Below, in pieces: positions 6,600 to 12,984 of a stretch of 12,984 nucleotides of DNA. The notes under the pieces are model-generated. The model saw nothing but the letters and a program-made list of their open reading frames with translations. It had not been told where the DNA came from and searched no databases. The position numbers and the translations under genes were made by a program. Positions within the stretch are counted from its first letter, which is position 1. Each line of letters begins with the position of its first letter. The stretch lies in NCBI GenBank assembly GCA_964453345.1, contig CAYVOC010000038.1:1-12984 (forward strand), given 5' to 3'. Source of the stretch: an uncultured Aquificales bacterium. Its GTDB lineage: Bacteria; Thermosulfidibacterota; Thermosulfidibacteria; Thermosulfidibacterales; Thermosulfidibacteraceae.

Positions 6600-7805
6600 A
6601 TGCAGGTAAAGCTTGCAAAAAGAACAGCGCTAATCAAGCCCTCGCCCACCTTGGCCATAACCGCCAAGGCCAAGGCCATGAAGGCTGAAGGCATCGATGT
6701 GGTGGGGTTTGGTGCAGGAGAGCCCGACTTTGACACCCCCGAAAACATAAAGGAGGCTGCCATAAGGGCAATAAAGGAGGGCTTCACCAAATACACCGCC
6801 GTCCCCGGAATAGACGAGCTGAAGGACGCCATAATAGAGAAGTATAGGGCAGAGCAGGGGCTCAGCTATGAGCGCTCCGAGGTGATTGTTTCCTGCGGTG
6901 CCAAGCACACCCTCTACAACATCGCCATGGTCCTGTTTGAGGAGGGGGACGAGGTGATAATACCTGCCCCCTACTGGGTCACCTATCCGGATCAGGCGGT
7001 TCTTTGCGGTGCAAAGCCCGTCTTCATCTACACTAAGGAGGAGAACGAGTTCAAGGTGCTTCCCGAACAGCTGGAGGAGGCCATAACCGACAGGACCAAG
7101 GCCATAATCCTCAACTACCCCTCCAACCCCACCGGTGCCACCTACACCAAGGAGGAGCTGGAAAGATTAGCCGAGGTGATACTGAAGAAGAACCCCAACA
7201 TGTGGATCATATCCGATGAGGTTTACGAGAAGATCATCTACGACGGCAGAAGGCATGTCTCCATCGCCACCATCTCCGACGAGGTGAAGGCCAGAACCCT
7301 TGTGGTGAACGCCGTATCCAAGACCTACTCCATGACCGGATGGCGCATAGGCTGGATGTGCGGAAACAGAGAGGTTGTGGCTGCCATGAGCAAGATACAG
7401 AGCCAGTCCACATCCAATCCCACATCCATCGCCCAGAAGGCCGCCGTTGAGGCCCTCACCGGTCCCCAGGATGCGGTTGAAGAGATGAGGAAGGCCTTTG
7501 AGGAGAGGAGGAACTACATAGTGGAGCGCCTCAACTCCATGCCCGGCGTCTCCTGCTTCAAGCCCCACGGTGCCTTCTATGTTTTCCCCAACTTCTCCGG
7601 CGTTTACGGCAAATCCTACAAGGGCAAGAAGATAGAGAACTCCATGGACTTTGCGGCCTATCTGCTTGAGGAGTATAAGGTGGCCATTGTTCCCGGTGCG
7701 GCCTTCGGGGATGACAACTGCGCCAGGTTGTCCTACGCCACATCAATGGATAACATAAAGAAGGGGCTTGATAGGATAGAGGAAGCCATAAAGAATCTGG
7801 AGTAG
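6600..7805 (+). CDS. aspC: PLP-dependent class I (subgroup I-beta) aspartate aminotransferase, possibly also prephenate aminotransferase
   Basis: GAGEPDFDTP, TKYT, CGAKH, PYWVTY, NYPSNPTG, SDEVY, SKTYSMTGWRIG (PLP lysine), GAFYVF, VPGAAFG, RLSYA. SD GGAGGT upstream. Confidence 0.9.
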   Translation: MQVKLAKRTALIKPSPTLAITAKAKAMKAEGIDVVGFGAGEPDFDTPENIKEAAIRAIKEGFTKYTAVPGIDELKDAIIEKYRAEQGLSYERSEVIVSCGAKHTLYNIAMVLFEEGDEVIIPAPYWVTYPDQAVLCGAKPVFIYTKEENEFKVLPEQLEEAITDRTKAIILNYPSNPTGATYTKEELERLAEVILKKNPNMWIISDEVYEKIIYDGRRHVSIATISDEVKARTLVVNAVSKTYSMTGWRIGWMCGNREVVAAMSKIQSQSTSNPTSIAQKAAVEALTGPQDAVEEMRKAFEERRNYIVERLNSMPGVSCFKPHGAFYVFPNFSGVYGKSYKGKKIENSMDFAAYLLEEYKVAIVPGAAFGDDNCARLSYATSMDNIKKGLDRIEEAIKNLE

Positions 7806-7809
7806 GGGT

Positions 7810-9291
7810 ATGGAGAAGGTCTTTATACTTGACACAACCCTGAGGGACGGGGTGCAGTCGCCCCTTGTTACCCTCACACCCCACGAGAGGCTTGAGCTGG
7901 CAAGGGCTCTGGCGGATCTGGGGGTGGATGTCATAGACTGCGGCTATCCCGCCATGGGCAAAGAGGAAGAGGAGACGGTGAGGCTGGTGGCCTCCGAGGT
8001 GGAGGGGCCCGTCCTTTCGGTGCTGGCTAAGTCCGTGTCTGAAGTTGAGCAGGCGGTGAAGCTGCTTGAGGGGACCAAGGGCAGAATACACATTCCCGTT
8101 CCCACCTCCGAGATAAGGCTCGCCTTTGTGGCCGGTAAAGACAGAAAGCAGCAGCTTGCGGAGGCCATCCAGGGAGTAAGAATCGCCAAGGAGGCGGGCC
8201 TTGAGGTGGAGCTGACCCTTGAGGACGCCTTCAGGGCGGATGAAGGGTATCTCATGGAGGCCTTTGAAGCCGCCTTGGAGGGGCGGGTGGATGTGATCAA
8301 TCTTTCGGACACCGTGGGCGTTGCCACCCCCTCCATGGTGAGGGAGCTTGTGGGAAAGATGGCTTCCAAGGCGGGCGGCGCCCTTTTGAGCATACACTGC
8401 CACGATGACCTCGGCATGGCCACCGCCAACAGCTTCGCCGCCGTTGAGGCGGGTGCCCGGCAGGTGCATCTGACCTTAGCCGGTGTGGGAACAAGGGCGG
8501 GCAATGCGGCCCTTGAGGAGTTTGTGGTTGCCCTTGAGCTGCACAGGGAAAGGCTCGGACTGTATAGCGATGTGAGGCTCGAAAGGCTCTACAGAACGGT
8601 CAGGCTCTTTTCCAAGCTTGCCGGATACTTCATCCCGCCCCACAAGGCGGTGGTGGGCGATGCGGTGTATGTCCACAAGGTTGACTACATGAGGATAGCC
8701 GTGGTGAGGGAACCCAGAACCTACCAGATAATAGACCCCGAAAGGGTGGGGTATCCCAAGCAGCAGATCACCCTCTCCAAGCGCTCCGGCAAATACATGT
8801 TCAGGAGCAAGGTGGAGGAGCTGGGATACAGGTTGACCGACGAGCAGCTGGAGGAGGCCTTCAGGCGCTTCAAGGAGCTTGCCGCAAGAAAGTCAGAGAT
8901 ATACGAGGCGGACATCATCGCCATAGTGGAGGATGTGCTCCTTTCCACCGAAGAGAGGGTGAGCCTTGTCTCCTACTCGGTTAAGACGGGAACGGAGATA
9001 GGGGTTGAGGCGACGGTCAGGTTGAGGATAGATGGCTCCGAGGTTGAAAGCAGCGCCACAGGGGATGGCCCCGTTGATGCCGCCTTCAGGGCCATAGACG
9101 AGGCGGTGGGGCTGACCGGAAGGCTCCTTGACTACAGAGTCTCCTCTGTCAGCTTCGGCAAGGACGCCCTTGGGGAGGTCTTCATAAGGGTGCTCTTCAA
9201 GGGCAAGGAGTTCACAGGGCGTGCCATCGGCACCGATATTCTTCAGGCGAGCATAGAGGCCTACATAAACGCCGTAAACAAAGCGCTTTGA
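7810..9291 (+). CDS. leuA: Divergent 2-isopropylmalate synthase-family (DRE-TIM) protein with LeuA C-terminal regulatory domain; activity uncertain
   Basis: [34 protein letters not shown]-terminal [24 protein letters not shown]; directly upstream of leuCDB. Several family motifs are altered (see findings), so the gene symbol reflects homology only. Confidence 0.7.
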   Translation: MEKVFILDTTLRDGVQSPLVTLTPHERLELARALADLGVDVIDCGYPAMGKEEEETVRLVASEVEGPVLSVLAKSVSEVEQAVKLLEGTKGRIHIPVPTSEIRLAFVAGKDRKQQLAEAIQGVRIAKEAGLEVELTLEDAFRADEGYLMEAFEAALEGRVDVINLSDTVGVATPSMVRELVGKMASKAGGALLSIHCHDDLGMATANSFAAVEAGARQVHLTLAGVGTRAGNAALEEFVVALELHRERLGLYSDVRLERLYRTVRLFSKLAGYFIPPHKAVVGDAVYVHKVDYMRIAVVREPRTYQIIDPERVGYPKQQITLSKRSGKYMFRSKVEELGYRLTDEQLEEAFRRFKELAARKSEIYEADIIAIVEDVLLSTEERVSLVSYSVKTGTEIGVEATVRLRIDGSEVESSATGDGPVDAAFRAIDEAVGLTGRLLDYRVSSVSFGKDALGEVFIRVLFKGKEFTGRAIGTDILQASIEAYINAVNKAL

Positions 9292-9304
9292 TCGGAGGAT
9301 GCGC

Positions 9305-10564
9305 ATGGGAATGACCATTGCCGAGAAGATCCTGGCCGCCAAGTGCGGCAAAGACGCCGTGAAACCGGGAGAGCTTATAATGGCGAGGGTTGACATTGCC
9401 CTTGCCAACGATGTGACGGCACCCCTTGCCATAAAGGCCTTTGAGGAGGTGGGGGCAAGGGAGGTCTTTGACAGAGACAGAATCGCCCTTGTGCCCGATC
9501 ACTTCACCCCAAATAAGGACATAAAGGCCGCCGAGCAGGCGAAGATCGTTCGGGAGTTTGCCAGAAGGCACAACATAACCCACTACTTCGAGGTGGGAAG
9601 GGTTGGCATAGAGCATGCCCTTCTGCCGGAGCAGGGGATTGTGGTTCCGGGGGATCTGGTGATAGGCGCAGACTCCCACACCTGCACCTACGGGGCGCTG
9701 GGAGCCTTTGCAACGGGCGTCGGCTCCACGGATTTAGGATGCGCCATGGCAACGGGTGAGATATGGCTTAAAGTCCCGCCCACCGTGAGGTTCGAGATAA
9801 GGGGCAAAAAGAACCGCTATGTCACCGGCAAGGACATAATCCTGCACATAATAGGCATGATAGGGGTGGACGGTGCTCGCTACAAGGCCATGGAGTTCGC
9901 AGGCCCCGTGATAAGGGAGCTTTCCATGGACGAGAGATTCACCATCTGCAACATGGCCATAGAGGCGGGCGGCAAAACGGGGCTGATAGAGCCCGATGAT
10001 GTAACAAGGTCCTACGTTGAGGGGCGTGCCAAAAGGGAACCCGTTTACTACGCTTCCGATCCCGATGCCGAATACGAGAAGGTGTATGAGGTTGACATAA
10101 GCGACCTTGAGCCTGTGGTTGCCCTGCCCCACCTTCCCGAGAATGTGAAGCCCGTGAGGGAGGTCAACAACATACCCATAGATCAGGTGGTCATAGGTTC
10201 CTGCACCAACGGGAGAATCACTGATCTGAGACAGGCGGCTGAAATTTTGAAAGGCAGAAGGGTTCACCCAAATGTTCGTCTCATCATTATCCCCGCCACC
10301 CAGGCCATCTGGGAGCAGGCCATGAAGGAGGGGCTTTTCGAAATATTCCTTGAGGCGGGAGCCGCCATATCCTGCCCCACCTGCGGGCCCTGTCTCGGCG
10401 GGCACATGGGGGTCCTTGCCGAGGGAGAGAGGGCGGTCGCCACCACCAACAGAAACTTCGTGGGCAGGATGGGCCATCCGAAAAGCGAGGTCTATCTTGC
10501 AAGCCCCTATGTTGCGGCGGCCTCCGCTGTTGCAGGAAGAATAGCCCATCCCGACGAGCTTTAG
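9305..10564 (+). CDS. leuC: 3-isopropylmalate dehydratase large subunit (short type-2 LeuC/HacA family)
   Basis: [42 protein letters not shown] (Fe-S cysteines), [14 protein letters not shown] 9305 chosen because GGAGG (9294-9298) lies 6 nt upstream. Confidence 0.95.
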   Translation: MGMTIAEKILAAKCGKDAVKPGELIMARVDIALANDVTAPLAIKAFEEVGAREVFDRDRIALVPDHFTPNKDIKAAEQAKIVREFARRHNITHYFEVGRVGIEHALLPEQGIVVPGDLVIGADSHTCTYGALGAFATGVGSTDLGCAMATGEIWLKVPPTVRFEIRGKKNRYVTGKDIILHIIGMIGVDGARYKAMEFAGPVIRELSMDERFTICNMAIEAGGKTGLIEPDDVTRSYVEGRAKREPVYYASDPDAEYEKVYEVDISDLEPVVALPHLPENVKPVREVNNIPIDQVVIGSCTNGRITDLRQAAEILKGRRVHPNVRLIIIPATQAIWEQAMKEGLFEIFLEAGAAISCPTCGPCLGGHMGVLAEGERAVATTNRNFVGRMGHPKSEVYLASPYVAAASAVAGRIAHPDEL

Positions 10565-10574
10565 GAGGAAGAGG

Positions 10575-11078
10575 ATGCAGATAAAGGGAAGAGCCTTCAA
10601 GTTCGGGGACCACATAGACACCGATGTCATAATCCCTGCAAGGTATCTCAACACCTCCGATCCTAAGGAGCTTGCCGCCCACTGCATGGAGGATGCGGAT
10701 CCTGAGTTTGTCAAAAAGGTGAAGCCCGGGGACATCATCGTTGCAGGGGAAAACTTCGGCTGTGGCAGCTCAAGGGAGCACGCTCCCATAGCCATAAAGT
10801 ATGCAGGGGTATCCTGTGTTATAGCCAAAAGCTTCGCAAGGATCTTTTACAGAAACGCCATAAACACGGGGCTTCCCATCATAGAGGCCCCTGATGCTGT
10901 GGACAGAATAGACGAGGGAGACGAGCTGGAGGTGAGCCTCAAGGACGGGATTATAAAGAACCTTACCAAAAACGAAACCTACTCCTTTGAGCCGCTTCCT
11001 GAGTTTATGATGAAGCTTCTCACCTTGGGGGGACTCATCCCCTTCGTGAGGGAAAGACTCAAAGCTAAGGGGGCTTGA
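10575..11078 (+). CDS. leuD: 3-isopropylmalate dehydratase small subunit (type 2)
   Basis: [54 protein letters not shown] upstream. Confidence 0.95.
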   Translation: MQIKGRAFKFGDHIDTDVIIPARYLNTSDPKELAAHCMEDADPEFVKKVKPGDIIVAGENFGCGSSREHAPIAIKYAGVSCVIAKSFARIFYRNAINTGLPIIEAPDAVDRIDEGDELEVSLKDGIIKNLTKNETYSFEPLPEFMMKLLTLGGLIPFVRERLKAKGA

Positions 11079-11079
11079 A

Positions 11080-12162
11080 ATGGCTTACAGGGTGGCTGTT
11101 CTTCCCGGAGACGGGATAGGTCCCGAGGTGATGGATGAGGCGCTCAGGGTCCTTGATGCTGTATCTAAAAAGTTCGGCGTGGAGTTTGAGTATAAAGAGG
11201 CTCTCATAGGCGGCGCCGCCATAGACGCCAAGGGGGACGCCTTCCCCGACGAGACCAAGGAGATTTGCGACTGGGCGGATGCAATCCTTTTCGGCGCCGT
11301 TGGCGGTCCCAAGTGGGAGAGCCTTCCTCCGGAGAAGCAGCCGGAAAGGGCTGCCCTTCTGCCCATAAGAAAAAGATACGAGCTTTTCGCCAATCTCAGA
11401 CCCGCCATAGTCTTTCCGGCCCTGATAGAGTCTTCCCCTCTCAAGAGGGAGATACTGGGGGAAAAGGGTTTTGATGTTCTTGTGGTGAGGGAACTGACGG
11501 GCGGCATATACTTCGGCCAGCCCAAGGGCATCTTTGAAGAAAACGGCCGCAAAAAGGGAATTGACACCCTCGTTTACTACGACTGGGAGATAGAGCGCAT
11601 AGCAAAGGTCGCCTTTGATGCGGCGATGAAGCGCAAAAGGAGGGTCGCCTCCATAGACAAGGCGAATGTCCTCACCTCCATGGTTCTGTGGCGCCAGGTG
11701 GTGGAGGAGGTTGCCAGGGACTACCCCGATGTGGAGCTGAGGCACCTTTACGTGGACAACGCCGCCATGCAGCTCATAAGGGATCCCCACCAGTTTGACG
11801 TGATACTTGCCGGCAACATGTTCGGGGACATCCTTTCCGATGAGGCCGCCATGCTCACGGGATCCATAGGGATGCTGCCGTCTGCAAGCCTCGGGGAAAA
11901 CAAGGGCCTGTATGAGCCGGTGCACGGCTCTGCCCCCGACATAGCGGGACAGGGCATAGCCAACCCCTGCGCCATGATACTGTCTGCTGCCATGATGCTC
12001 AGATACTCCTTCAACCTGCTTGACGCTGCAGATGCGGTGGAGAAGGCCGTTGAGCAGGTTCTGAACGAGGGCTTCAGAACAGCCGATCTCTACAGGGGCA
12101 GGCAAGGGGAGAAGAAGGTGGGAACCAGCGAGATGGGTAAACTTATAGCCGAAAGGATATGA
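11080..12162 (+). CDS. leuB: 3-isopropylmalate dehydrogenase
   Basis: [74 protein letters not shown]. Confidence 0.97.
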   Translation: MAYRVAVLPGDGIGPEVMDEALRVLDAVSKKFGVEFEYKEALIGGAAIDAKGDAFPDETKEICDWADAILFGAVGGPKWESLPPEKQPERAALLPIRKRYELFANLRPAIVFPALIESSPLKREILGEKGFDVLVVRELTGGIYFGQPKGIFEENGRKKGIDTLVYYDWEIERIAKVAFDAAMKRKRRVASIDKANVLTSMVLWRQVVEEVARDYPDVELRHLYVDNAAMQLIRDPHQFDVILAGNMFGDILSDEAAMLTGSIGMLPSASLGENKGLYEPVHGSAPDIAGQGIANPCAMILSAAMMLRYSFNLLDAADAVEKAVEQVLNEGFRTADLYRGRQGEKKVGTSEMGKLIAERI

Positions 12163-12917
12163 GTCCTGAGCTAAAGAAGCGCTGGATAACGGCTATAGTT
12201 GCCATAGCGGTTGTGGCCTTTTCCCTTTTCAGCAGGGCTTCTGTCTATCTTTATCTGCTCTGCCTCTTTGTGGGGCTTGTGGGTGTCTGGGAGGCGGGAA
12301 GGCTCCTTGCCCTCAGCGTGGACGATGTGGTGGTTGCCTCGGTCTCCCTTGCCTTAGGCCTTCTTTCTGGAACGGCTCCAAAGTTTCCTCTTTTCGCCGT
12401 TGCCATCTTTTTGCCCCTCTTCTACCAGGCCCTGAAGCTCTGGACCGACAGGGAGATAAGACTCGATGCGGTGTTCCCGGTCATATACCTTGCCGCTCCC
12501 CTATCCGTTGCCCTTTACGCAAAAAGCCTCCACATGGAGTGGCTGCTTGTGGCGGCAGCGGTTTCCGTCTGGGCGGGGGATGCGGCTGCTTACTTTGTGG
12601 GAAAAGCAGTAGGGAAAAGGAAGCTGCATCCTGTAAGTCCCAAAAAGACAGTGGAGGGCGCCATAGGCGGCCTTTTGATAGGCGGGATTCTGTCGGCGAT
12701 CACGGCTCTACTGTTTTTGAAGTGGGGCTTTTTAAAGGCTGTCGGCTTCGGGTTTGCCACAAACATTGCGGGGCAGATGGGCGATCTTTTTGAGTCTTAT
12801 CTGAAAAGAAAGGCCGGGGTCAAGGATTCCGGCACCCTCTTTCCCGGCCACGGCGGCGCCTTGGACCGCATAGACAGTTTGCTTTTTGCGCTGATGGTGG
12901 CGGATTTGTTTATTTGA
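12159..12917 (+). CDS. cdsA: Phosphatidate cytidylyltransferase (CDP-diacylglycerol synthase)
   Basis: Multiple hydrophobic segments; [53 protein letters not shown] overlap with leuB. Confidence 0.95.
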   Translation: MSPELKKRWITAIVAIAVVAFSLFSRASVYLYLLCLFVGLVGVWEAGRLLALSVDDVVVASVSLALGLLSGTAPKFPLFAVAIFLPLFYQALKLWTDREIRLDAVFPVIYLAAPLSVALYAKSLHMEWLLVAAAVSVWAGDAAAYFVGKAVGKRKLHPVSPKKTVEGAIGGLLIGGILSAITALLFLKWGFLKAVGFGFATNIAGQMGDLFESYLKRKAGVKDSGTLFPGHGGALDRIDSLLFALMVADLFI

Positions 12918-12919
12918 AC

Positions 12920-12984
12920 TTAATTTGCTTCCTCGTTCTCGTCGTTTGAGAGTTGATACATGCGCTCTAATAGTCTGGTTTCGC
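12920..12984 (-). CDS. Probable 3' end of a convergent gene truncated by the window edge (...ETRLLERMYQLSNDENEEAN*)
   Basis: Minus-strand frame open from the window edge to TAA at 12922-12920, 2 nt from the cdsA stop, with a protein-like acidic C-terminus. Only 20 codons are visible, so it could be chance. Confidence 0.4.
   Translation of the reverse strand, partial: ETRLLERMYQLSNDENEEAN

Noticed and set aside
664-12105. Long antisense ORFs (664..1542, 7558..8469, 9734..10828, 11065..12105 and others)
   Set aside because: They fully overlap well-supported + strand genes, have no recognisable motifs, and are expected from GC-rich codon bias.

Overview
A GC-rich, AGG/ATA-codon-rich bacterial chromosomal segment (thermophile-like by inference), with almost everything on the + strand. 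The order is: sigma70-like promoter, tRNA-Ser(TGA), tRNA-Ser(GCT), a 15-aa Trp-Trp-Trp leader peptide absent from the ORF track plus its attenuator, a complete trpE-G-D-C-F-B-A operon, an internal promoter with a palindromic site, a class I aminotransferase (aspC), a degenerate leuA-like gene, leuC-leuD-leuB, cdsA, and probably the 3' tip of a convergent gene. Three things stand out. (1) The trp attenuator has two tandem, mutually homologous intrinsic terminators that could be disarmed in a cascade (1:2/3:4/5:6 versus 2:3/4:5). (2) This attenuator sits 25 nt behind a tRNA pair with no intervening terminator. (3) The LeuA homolog keeps its metal ligands and regulatory domain but has lost several normally invariant motifs (RDGEQ, GERAGN, HESGIHQDG). 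All calls come from reading motifs and pairing bases by hand; no searches or folding calculations were run.
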